A program made the position numbers and the translations under genes. A model generated the notes under the pieces. It was not told the origin of the DNA. It saw only the letters and a program-made list of their open reading frames with translations, and searched no databases. From NCBI RefSeq assembly GCF_009914755.1, contig NC_060934.1: a stretch of DNA of 64,000 nucleotides. One strand, 5' to 3'. This document shows positions 50,704 to 64,000 of the stretch, in pieces (positions within the stretch are counted from its first letter, which is position 1; every line of letters begins with the position of its first letter). Origin of the DNA: the human T2T-CHM13v2.0 reference genome, Homo sapiens.

Positions 50704-51288
50704 GTAAAAAGTGATTGTAATGGGCCTATATTGTCCATCTGTAAAGTAACACTGAATTTGCAGGTAAAAACATTTTAATAAAGGTATCCTCGGATCCAAA
50801 TGATTACATTGGTGAATTCTACCAGACATTGACAAAGGGCATAATAATAGTAATAGTAATAATAATAACAGCAATGATACATGATCTGTTTTAGAAGGCA
50901 GAAGAAAGAATACTTCTAACTTATTTTATGAGGTGGGCATAAATTACATTGGTACCAAAAAAATTACAGTTTACAAGACAAACAAAAGAAAACAAACAAA
51001 ACTACAGAGTGGTATCCTCATGAACGTATTTGCAAAAGTCCTTTACAAAATATTAGCAATTCAAATCCAGCAATGTCTAAAAAGGACAATACATTATTAC
51101 CAAGGGGAGTTCATCCAAAGAAGGTAAAGTTGGTTCAACATTTGAAAATTAATCAGTCTGATTCACCATATTAACAGGCTAAATTAGAGAAACCATTTGA
51201 TCATACTAATAGAAGGAGAACAAGCATTTGACAAAATTCTATATCCACTCATGTTAGTATCTCCCAGCAAATTAGAAAAGCAGAGAAG

Positions 51289-52000
51289 TGTGTAAAACGG
51301 GCTGCATCTTCCCTCTAACTAGGTTCAAACCTACTGGTATAAGGTGATAATTAAAGCCATGGGTGGTGTGGATGATCCCAGAATAAAGACAGCTTCTGCA
51401 TTTCTTCCTGGAGACCACAACCCCAGACTCCAGATTTTGCCTGAGTCCTGGAGGGACACGAGAAGCGCTGAGAAAAACATATCTGTATGAATTTTCCCAA
51501 TCAATGGGCCTATGACAGCATGTGATATAAAGTTCTGAACCCAAACAAAATGTGAGAAATGTAGAATATTATTGTTCATTGAGATAGAAAATGTATATGG
51601 CGAAGAATCTTTGCCTCTCCCAGTCTTATAGAACTATAAAATGATGCTGAAAGACTTTAAATGTCTCCTGTGAGCATAAAATGAAAGTGGGCTGATAAAG
51701 AGCCAGAGTCTGAGGACACTGAAGTGAGAATGAGGGAGTGATGTGGCAGTGCAGGGCCGGACTGAATACTGAGAACCAGATGGGACAGTGCATCTTCTAA
51801 TGAAGTCAGGACGATGGTGGGTGCTGTGGAGTGGGAGGACCAGTAACAGATTATCAAAGTGCAATGACTGCTTTTGGCACAACCAGGGCTTGCATAGCAA
51901 TTTCCATGCTAGTCGATGTTGAGAAGCATCTACATTGTTACCTAGACTCTGGGCCATCCTCTCCCCACATTGTATGTAAATCATCATTGTTTCTTTCACA
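51289..52000 (+). mobile_element. Unassigned old LTR-like segment
   Basis: Starts abruptly after L1 with TG, ends gtaaatcatcattgtttctttcaCA, internal ctataaaa; family not recognised. Confidence 0.3.
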
Positions 52001-52019
52001 TCTGATTTTAGCATTCCTT

Positions 52020-52400
52020 TGTATTAGTAGGTGAAATGTTGCAGCAAATATATCCAAAATGTATACTGGCTTAAGCACCACCAAAGCACATTTCTCACTA
52101 AATTTAATAGTCCAAGGTAGTATCAAGCTGGCAACGCTCTGCTCCGCATAGTTTTCAGGGATCCAGGCTAATGAAGGCTCTGCCATCTTGAATACATGGC
52201 ATGACAGGTTATTCTTGGGCAAAGATATCCAGCTGTGGAGGGGGAAAAAGCAGGAAGTAACTCATGGGTGGTTTTTATGAGCCAGATACAACAAAATGTT
52301 ATTTATATTACAGTGGCTGGAACTCAGGAAGTATCACGACTATCCCAAGAGAGCCTGCCCCAAGAGAGGCTGGAAAACTGGTTTGGTAAATACCTAGCTG
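52020..52400 (-). mobile_element. Old MLT1 (I/J-type) LTR
   Basis: tgtattag..tggcttaa..catttctcac..ttcagggatccaggctaatgaaggctctgccatcttgaatacatggc. Confidence 0.65.
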
Positions 52401-53665
52401 GCCTGCCAGATCTGTCAGAGCCACAGTAAACTTGGGTTTAAGATATTATGGAATCCTACGTATATACCTAACCAAGGAGGTGAAAGACCTTTACAAGGAA
52501 AACTACAAAACCCTGGTAAAGAAATCATAGACGACGCAAACAAATGGAAATACAACCCATGCTCATGGATGGGTAGAATCAATATTGTGAAAATGACCAT
52601 ACTGCCAAAAGCAATCAAAATACCACCATCATTCTTCACAGAACTAGATAAAACAATCCTAAAATTCATATGGAACCAAAAATCAGCCCACATAGCCAAA
52701 GCAAAACTAAGCAAAAAGAACAAAATCTGGAGGCATTGTATTACCTGACTTCAAGCTATACTATAAGGCCATAGTGGCCAAACAGCATGTTACTGGTATA
52801 AAAATAAGCACATAGAACAATGGAACAGAATTGAGAACCCAGAAATAAACCCAAATACTTACAGCCAACTGATCTTTGACAAAGCAAAGGAAAATGTAAA
52901 GTGGGGAAAGGACACCCTATTCAACAAATGGTGCTGGGATAATTGACAAGCCACATGTAAAAGAATGAAACTGGATCCTCATCTCTCACCTTATGCAAAA
53001 ATCAACTCAAGATGGATCGAGGACTTATATCCAAAACCTAAAACTATAAAAATTATAGAAGATAACATCGGAAAACCCCGTCTAGACATTGTCTTAGGCA
53101 AAGATTTCATGAACAAGAGATAAATAGGTGGGAATTAATTAAACTAAGGAGTTTCTTCTGCACAGCTAAAGGAACAGACAACCCACAGAGTGGAAGAAAA
53201 TCTTCACAATTTATACATCCAATAAAGGACTAATATCTAGAATCTACAAGGAATTCAAACAAATTAGCAAGAAAAAAACAAACAATTCCGTCAAAAAGTG
53301 GGCTAAGGACATGAATAGACAATTCTCCAAAGAAGATATACAAATGGCCAACAAACATATGAAAAAATGCTCAACATCACTAATGATCAGGGAAATGCAA
53401 ATCAAAACCACAATGCAATACCACCTTACTCCTGCAAGAATGTGCATAATTTGAAAAATCACAAAATAATAGGTGTTGGCGTGGATGTGGTGAAAAGGGA
53501 ACATTTCTACACTGCTGGTGGAAATGTAAACTAGTACGACCACTGTGAAAAACAGTATGGAAATTCCTTAAAAAACTAAAAGCAGACCTACCATTTGATC
53601 CAGCAATCCCACTACTGGGTATCTACCCAGAAGAAAAGAAATCACTGTACAAATAAGATATTTGT

Positions 53666-54276
<611 letters not shown>

Positions 54277-55123
54277 AAAGATAGTTGCACACGCATGTTT
54301 ATAGCAGCACAATTCACAATTGCAAAAATATGAAACCAGCCCAAATGCCCATCAATCAACAAGAGAATAAAGAAACTGTGGTAAATATATACAATGTAGT
54401 ACTACTCAGCCATAAAAAGGAACTGATAATGCCATCCTCAGCAACCTGGATGGAAGTGGAGATCATTATTCTAAGTGAAGTAACTTTGGAATGGAAAATC
54501 AAACATCGTATATTCTCACTCATAAGTGGGAGCTAAGCTAAGAGGACGCAAAGGCATAAGAATGATACAGGGGAATTTGGGGACTCGGGGGAAAACTTGG
54601 GAGGGGGTGACGGATAAAAGACTACAAATTGGGTTCAGTGTATACTTCTTGGGTGATGGGTGCACCAAAATCTCACAAATCACCACTAAAGAACTTACTC
54701 AAGTAACCAAATGCCACCTGTTCTCCAAAAATCTATGGAAATAAGATTTTTTTAAAGAAAAATTCAAACAATAAACAAAAAGATATGATGGAATTTTGTA
54801 TGTAGCCACTTTAGCAGGAGAAAGTGCTAAGCAAGAAATTCTGAGATAAGAACTAAGTGACAACGGTGACAACAAAGGACTGTGACTAGCATGGGAATCA
54901 CACCATTGCAGACTACTGTTTGGTTGCCCGTTGGCACTTTAAGCCAGCCTGCCTACATTCCCGCAACCCTGGTCCACAGAGAAGAATCACAGAAAGCTCA
55001 GAGCTGCCTGAAGAGACTTTCCAGACCATTTCTTGTTTGCTCCTACCCTGCTCTTCTGCTGGCCCTTCTCCATTATAAACCCTTGGGTCCACAATCCTCA
55101 ACATGCCTCTCTCCCTTCAGGTT

Positions 55124-55331
55124 TGTATCAGTCAACTTGGGCTTCCATAAAAAAATACCACAGACTAGTGGCTTAAACAACAGAAATTTATTTTCTCACT
55201 GTTCTGGAGGCTGAAAGTATGAGATCAGGGTACCAGTGTGGTCAGTTTCTAGGGAAGGCTCTCTTCTTGGTTTGCACATCACCTTATTTCTGGGTTCTCA
55301 CAGGGCCTTTCCTTGGTGTGTGCATGCAGAC

Positions 55332-55369
<38 letters not shown>

Positions 55370-55551
55370 AGATCGTCTCCTTCTCTTCGTCTTCTTATAA
55401 GGCCACCAGTCTTATTGGATTAGGGCCCTACCCCATAATATCATTTAAATTTTGTTACATCCTAAAGACCCCATCTCCAAATATATTCACATCAGGAGTT
55501 AGGGCTTCAACATATGAAATTTGATGATGGGGGACAATTCAGTTGATAGCA
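55124..55551 (-). mobile_element. MLT1A-family LTR containing (GA)n
   Basis: aaataccacagactagtggcttaaacaacagaaatttattttctcac..cttcttataaggccaccagtcttattggattagggcc..gttagggcttcaacatatgaa. Confidence 0.9.
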
Positions 55552-55960
55552 TTCTACCTTTGGCTAATTCATGTCCTTAGACCTGCAAAAAAATACATTT
55601 ATTTCACCTCAACGGCCCCCATGATAGTGATTCATTCCAGCATCAATGCTAAAGTAAAAGTTCAAAGTCTCATCTAAATATCAACTAAGTTAGGTATGGG
55701 TGAGATTCAAGATTTGATTTATCCTGAAGCACAATTCTTCTGCAGCTATCAACCGGTAAAATCAGACAAGATGTGTGCTTCCAAAATACAATAGTAGGAC
55801 ATAAATAAAATAGAATTTTCTGTTTCAAAAGGGAGTAGTAATCAGAAAAACAAAGGAAGATGAGTCCTGTTCCAAAATGGAGAAATTGGAAAAATAAAGG
55901 AGTAGTGGGTCCCAAGCTCCAAAACCTAGCAAGGCTAATTTTATTAGATCTTAAGGCTGG
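55552..55960 (-). mobile_element. MLT1 internal-region fragment adjoining the LTR
   Basis: ttcatgtcctt..aaaatacattta..cattccagcatcaa..caaagtctcatctaaat..tatgggtgagattcaa..cttccaaaatacaat match the MaLR-int end. Confidence 0.75.
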
Positions 55961-55961
55961 A

Positions 55962-57040
55962 TGGACACCTAAATATAGAAAGCAAATATAAAAAAATCTG
56001 AAGAAAGAAATAGACTGCAATACTAAAATAATAGGGGAGTTCAATATTCCCACTTTCAGAAATGGAAAGATCATCCAGACAGACAATCAATAAGGAAACA
56101 TGAGATTAAACTACACTTTAGACCTAACAGACCTGACAGATATACACTGAACATTCTATCCAACAGCAGCAGGACACACATTCCTCTCAAGCACATGGGG
56201 CACATTCTCCAGCATAGATCAGATGTTAGACTACTAAACAAGTCTTAACAAATCCAAGAAGACTGTAATCACATCAAGTATCATATTTGGCTATAACAGT
56301 ATAAAACTAGAAATGAATAACAGTAGAAATTTTGGAAAATTTACTAATACATAGAAATTAAAGAACATATTCTGAAGAAATCAATGGGTCTGTAAAGAAA
56401 TTAAAAGGAAAATTTATAAAATTTCTTGAGACAAACAAAAATGGAAACACAATATACTGAAACTCAGAAATGCAACAAAAGCATTTCTATGAGGAAGTTT
56501 TGTAGCAGTAAATACCAATAGCAAAAAAGAAGAAAGGTCTCAAATAGACAACGTCACACCTCAAGAAACTAGAAAAACAAGAACAAAATATACCCAAAGT
56601 TAGTAGAAGGAAGGATGTAATAAAGATTAGAGAAGAAATAAATGAAACAGTGATTATAAAAATAATAGAAAAAGTTAACACAAGTAATAGTTGATGTGGG
56701 GATATGATAAAATCGAGAAAACTTTAGCTAGACTAAAAAAAAAAAGACAGAAATATGTCCACATTAACAGAATGAATGACAAAAAGCATATGATTATCTC
56801 AACAGATGCGGAAAAAGCATTTGTCAAAATTCAACATTCTTTCATAATAAAAACTCAAGAAATTAGGTATAGAAGAAGAGCACCTCAACATGATAAAGGC
56901 CACATATGACAAGCCCACAGCTAACATCATACTCATACTCAATGGTGAAAGCTGAGAGCTTTCCTCTGAGATTGGGACTAGGCAACAACGCCACTCTCAC
57001 CTCTTCTATCCGTATGGGGCTACAAGTCCTGGCCAGAGCA
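55962..57040 (+). mobile_element. L1M (MA-type) ORF2 fragment with a large internal deletion near 56750
   Basis: agatcatccagacagacaatcaataaggaaaca..cttgagacaaacaaaaatggaaacacaa; then a jump to gatgcggaaaaagcatttgtcaaaattcaaca..atatgacaagcccacagctaacatcatactc. Confidence 0.88.
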
Positions 57041-57151
57041 TGAGGCAGGTTACTATGATCAGGCATGTGGCCCACTCCTAGTCTGTGTCCATTAGTCAAG
57101 TGAGGCTCCTAATCCAATCCTAGACTTTATGTTCATTGTCTCAGAAACTGA

Positions 57152-57467
<316 letters not shown>

Positions 57468-57867
57468 AAGGCCAGTTTTTAATATTTCTACATGGATGGA
57501 CTGAGGCCACAAGCCCTGGCATGACTCAGTTTGTAGCTCTGACTGCCAGGGTTCCTGAAGTCCCAGTTACAACTGTATCCAAGCCAGAAGGTGGCATTTC
57601 TCCCCATCTGCCACCCAGCTATCCATTAGTGTGGAGGCTTTCCTCTGTTCAAAGACTTAGAAAGCTCCCTATGCAGTAAGCCAGGATATGTTCAAGAGAC
57701 ACTTTTCTCTGCTGTATCAAACATATTTCTCAATAACCTAAGACCTCTGATGCAGGCAAGCAATCTGTTTTGACTAATCCCTGCCTTCCTGGGTCAAAAC
57801 CTTCCTCAGAGATTGGAGATGCCTTCTTTCTTGGGTCAGGAGTGTGCCTGCACTCTTGTTTACTGGT

Positions 57868-58990
<1,123 letters not shown>

Positions 58991-59389
58991 AACATAGTAT
59001 AGGGATTTTCTGCAACTATAACTTGTATTTTGTTTAACTTTTAGTAATTAAAATATATATTATAGTATACAAGGCAGACTTGTTCTTTAGGTTCTATTCA
59101 TGGGCATTGAAAAAAATGGATCTATATCCATCTGACATTTTAATATTTACTAGATGAATTGTCTTGGTTCTTACCCATGAGGGGGAAAGAATGGAGAGAA
59201 ATTAGAGATAGAGATTATATATATATATATATACATTCTCTTTGTATATATACAGACAGAGACAGACAGAGACAGAGGCTATAGGCTTAAGTGTTTTGGT
59301 TTAAGTGGCATAGTCCACTGATTGGATTTTCCACTGACTGACCCAGCCTGACCCTGTCCTTTGTCACATCACTATTATGGGCTGGAAAG

Positions 59390-59520
59390 GTCACTGCACT
59401 AGGATGTTTGAGTCTAACTTGGCCTCATATAAGGTGAGCACACTTAGAGAAATCAGTTAACTTCCTTGTCTCTTAGTTTTCCCAAGTTATTAATACAATA
59501 AATGAAACTAGATCTACTCA
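59390..59520 (+). mobile_element. MIR relic
   Basis: agtctaacttggcctc..cagttaacttccttgtctcttagttttccc resembles the MIR core. Confidence 0.4.
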
Positions 59521-61005
59521 AGTTTTAATGGCTCTCCTCATATTTTTGAAAGTGAATTAGAATACACCCGGCCAGCTATGGGAGAAGTGGCATTTTTTGA
59601 AGGGAGGAACTGATAAAATATAGGCTGTCACTATTGGAGGGAGCCCTGGGGCTCATCTCATCCAACTCCCTTCTGGCAGGCTTGAGTGGTTTCTCCTGGC
59701 TAGCCAGCTCTCAGCAGACCTGGGCACTCTCTCTCTGGCTGTGACAACTTTCCAGTACCAAGAAGTAAAAGCACATGCCAAGGGGTATTCTGAGAAGCCA
59801 GAAATGAAAAGAGTAACTCAGATCATTTTTTCCATCTTAAAAAACAAAAGTTCTACCACATTCTGGCTTCTGTAACAATAGTCTCTTGCCACGAACCTGG
59901 GCAGTCTTATATAATGCATTACTATCACAAAACACAAGGTCTTTAAAACTCAATGAGCTGCAGTTTCTGTAATAATCCTTGTCTATCGATAATCAGCCTC
60001 ATTAAAAACTTGACAAAATGAAATAATGAGTGCCAACTTCTTTCCGCTTTCTGGACACACCAAAGAGTAAAATTCAAATAGATTTTTGTCTGTAAGACGG
60101 TTACCACAAGATAATTTTATTGAATTCTACCTAAAAATAAAAATAGGGTGAGTCCTAACCACTCTTTTAAACTATATTTAACTGGAATTCCCTACAAGAT
60201 TTTTAAAACTGTATTTTTAAACTATATAATCCAAAAGGTTTTGTGGGGGAAGTTAGTAAAAACACAAATTGATGTCCATTTCCTCCCATTTTCCATGTGC
60301 TTCCTTTGGTTAAATAAATATTCTAAAAGCATAAAATGCCTCATGTGTTGTGAAAACCTCTGAAAGGCCTCCATATGGTTTCTACTCAATTTCTCACTGG
60401 CAGATTTATAGTGGTGGCTGATGGGTGGATAAATCCTGCCTCAACCCAAAACTACTTGCCAGACTTGAATTTGATTGAAAAATGAAACATAACAAAAGCA
60501 AATGTATAACAAATATTTTCAGTCAGCAAACATGAGTTTCAACCCGGTTAACACCAGTGACCAATGCATTGGACCAGTTTGTCTCAAACATGCCCACAAG
60601 AAATGACCTGGGCGGAATGGCCATTTTGCATGCCAGGTTTTTCTCAAGTACCGTATTGCACCATAGGAACATTTGACCCCCTACTATTGCCATGAATAAA
60701 CACCAGAAACTTAAGTGGAAAAAAATGCAGTGACCTGTCAAAAAAACTCAGCTTAATTTTTGGCAATTCACTGCATATCCTGGTTTGAATGAGTCCAGTT
60801 GGCACATTATATTGACAGTACTGCTGCCCCGAGAGGGTTTTATGGTCAGGGAGTGATTCACAGGACCACACAGCACCTCTGAAGATGGGATTGTTGTGAT
60901 CTTAGGTGTCATCAAATATAGATCTGAACTTTAATAACAGAAATCTGTACCAAAATACATCAATGGAAATATCACATACGACATCCCTTAAAAGCAAACT
61001 CTATT

Positions 61006-61319
<314 letters not shown>

Positions 61320-61874
61320 CTATTTAGCAAAGTCGGCTTGGTATGCTTTAGGTTTATAGGTTTACAAGAAATTGAAGGTGATGTTTATTTAGGCATGTAG
61401 CTGAGAAAATCTCGAAATACTGGAATTCATGAAATGTAGACATTTAGTCATACCATAGGCATCTTCTTAGTCCTTTGGAAATGTTTTGTCTTTATCACAT
61501 ATAAAAATGAACCTAGAGAACTGAAAATCATTTTTTTTTCCTCGATGGACAGAATAGGGGCTTCATCCTGGTTCATGTATTAATTCTTTCATTTCAGAAG
61601 CATTTATTGAAAACTTCCTTAAAACCAAAAGTTGTGACAGGTCTGGGAACACAAATATTTACTGTGCAGAAGTTAATTACAGCCTTCTAGTAAGAGAGGG
61701 AGAGACAGAGAGAGAGGGAGGCAGGGCATGGGATGGGGGAATTGAGTGATGGATTGAGAGGGGAATACCTTGCCGTTACACACAGAGGGGAAAATCTACA
61801 CCCTGGGACATATCACTGTTGCTGCTACTTTATTTTAACAAGTGGTGGTAAATAATAGAGAAAAATATAAGTAA

Positions 61875-62211
<337 letters not shown>

Positions 62212-62398
62212 GACATGAGATTTTTTTTAAAAAAACACAAGAATCCATTTAACAAAATTTTTAAAGTAAAAAGATTAAATACTTTTATAGTTATTTCTTC
62301 ATGCTTCATATATTTTAATTCAACTTTAAATTTACTAAAAATACATAATTTTATACTAAATTTTTTTTTGTTCTTAGAGAAAGCTAATTAAGAAATGA

Positions 62399-62517
62399 AG
62401 TGGATGTGGTGGCTCACACCTACAATCCCAGACACACAGAAGGCTGAAACTGAAGGATTTCTTGAGCCCAGGGGTTCAAGACCAGCCTGGGCAACATAGT
62501 GAGACCTCCTCTCAAAT
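62399..62517 (+). mobile_element. FLAM / AluJ left monomer
   Basis: gtggtggctcacacctacaatccca..cttgagcccaggggttcaagaccagcctgggcaacatagtgagacc. Confidence 0.88.
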
Positions 62518-62539
62518 ACAGAATGTTCTATACTAATGC

Positions 62540-62750
62540 TGATGATGGTGATAAGGTGCTGGCCAGCAGGCTAAATGTTTCTCTACATCTTCTCAGTTTG
62601 TTCTCACAGTGACTCTATGTGTCGATATTATGTTATCCAAGTTCTATGGATCAGATGTATGAGGCTTAGAGGGACTATCAACTTAATTGGAGCTAAGAAA
62701 AATACGCAAGTCTGCTTGACTCCAAAGCCATGCTGATAAATCGCTATGCT
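62540..62750 (-). mobile_element. MIR relic
   Basis: ttctcacagtgactctatg..tgaggcttagaggg..gtctgcttgactccaaagccatgct. Confidence 0.6.
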
Positions 62751-63074
62751 GTAAGGTGTTTCCATAGCTGCATAACACTCCATCTATGAAAATATTGACT
62801 CCACAGAGAGCACTTAAGGCTCATGGTGGCCTAGAATTCCAGATTTCAGAGCCAACAGAGACCTCAGAGTTCATGTAACCTGTCCCATTCCTGGAGCAGC
62901 ACACACTCACTCACTTCCTCAAGCTGGACATTTAGGGGCCTTTCTCTCATTTTGTTCATGTGGCACCAACTCTGCTAATTTGGCCTTCACAATATTTCCA
63001 ATCTGTTTTTTTTTTTTCCTTCATCTTCGTGGTCATTGTCTTATTCAAAGATGCCATGATTATCTCTGACCTGA

Positions 63075-63260
63075 CCTGTAATCCCAGCACTTTGGGAGGC
63101 TAACGAAGGCGGATTGTAATCCCAGCTACTCAGGAGACTGAGGAAGGAGAATCGTTTGAACAGGGAGGCAGAGGTTGCATTGAGCTGAGATCATGTCACT
63201 GTGCTCCAGTCTGGGCGGCAAGAAGGAAACTCCAACTCACAAAATAAAAAACAAAAAAAA
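63075..63260 (+). mobile_element. Alu (Sq/Sp-like) lacking its 5' tip and central part
   Basis: acctgtaatcccagcactttgggagg..ggcggat joined directly to tgtaatcccagctact; A-rich tail. Confidence 0.9.
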
Positions 63261-63350
63261 GAAATGAAGACTTACAGGCCGCACTCCAGATGTTCTGACC
63301 CGGAATCTACATTTCCACATCTTCAGGTGATGCCTTTGCACATTGTAGTA
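63261..63350. mobile_element. MER5-like hAT fragment
   Basis: gaaatgaagactt.caggccgcactccagatgttctgacccggaatctacattt..caggtgat. Confidence 0.45.
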
Positions 63351-63901
63351 GAGTGGTTTTTAAAGTCTTTAAAAAATATTTTGGGAGTGAAGGTGGGGTG
63401 GAAGGTGGAGGGCCTTGAGAGCCTGGATTGATTTATATGGGTTGTAAGTAAACCAGTGTCAGTCACAGCAGGTCTGCAGCACCACCAGAAGCATTTGAGC
63501 TGGCAGACAAAATTCATTATTTCTATTCAAAATAGCAATTCTTCCCATCATGGTCCCATCTTTTATTTGAGGCACACATTTCCCAAGGGGCAGCTAGAGA
63601 GACCATACGTAGGTCTGATCTTAATTATTATTTACTTCATAAGCTTTGGTGGTTTTTTTTTGTTTTTTCTTCCTTTTTACTATATCATCACTATCAAAGT
63701 GTGGGGGCTCATTGTCAAGGTGACTGGTCTTTACTGGATTAAATTCCAGCATCCTCATTTCACTGACTTCCCTTGATTCTTACTATTGAAAGAACATAAG
63801 GCACTCTACAATTCTGACTGCTTCCCTCTGATTCGTTTGTCTCTTCATAAGTTTTCATCACTTTGTTGTCTATATATTACTGCAAACTTGATTTCTATCT
63901 C

Positions 63902-63982
63902 ATAGGTTGGTGCAAAATTAATTGTAGTGTTTGCCATTACTTTTAAAAGGCAAAAACTGCAATTTATTTTGCACCAATATAA
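63902..63982. mobile_element. MADE1 (Hsmar1-derived ~80-bp MITE)
   Basis: taggttggtgcaaaattaattg..tttgccattactttta..ggcaaaaactgcaatt..ttttgcaccaatataa; inverted termini; TA follows. Confidence 0.92.
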
Positions 63983-64000
63983 TACTAATTGGCCCTGTTC

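Noticed and set aside
60523-60871. Two overlapping minus-strand ORFs as a frameshifted pseudogene
   Set aside because: No recognisable protein similarity, and no poly-A or TSD; kept only as a non-coding candidate.

Overview
Primate (human-like) non-coding genomic DNA, AT-rich and dominated by interspersed repeats. It holds about 43 Alu/FLAM copies (about 17 with AluY diagnostics), old and primate L1 fragments (including a TSD-bounded 5'-truncated L1PB), several MaLR LTRs (MLT1, THE1), a MER67-like ERV1 solo LTR, L2/MIR relics, a MER58-type hAT element, a MADE1 MITE, a Y1 RNA pseudogene and microsatellites. I found no supportable protein-coding exon, no CpG island and no new gene system; the ORF track is almost all Alu/L1/low-complexity artefact. 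The best second-look items are structural: (1) an ~730-bp Alu-(TA)-Alu palindrome at 22.3-23.1 kb that looks like a local fold-back duplication; (2) a possible ~2-kb inversion splitting one L1MB (42.9-45.2 kb); (3) three sites reused by successive Alu insertions; (4) two back-to-back perfect hairpins at 27.8 kb; (5) a palindrome-rich, CpG-retaining unique element at 60.5-60.9 kb that may be an ancient conserved element; (6) a few candidate + strand non-coding exons. Subfamily names come from my recollection of consensus sequences, not from a search, and boundaries of old repeats are approximate.
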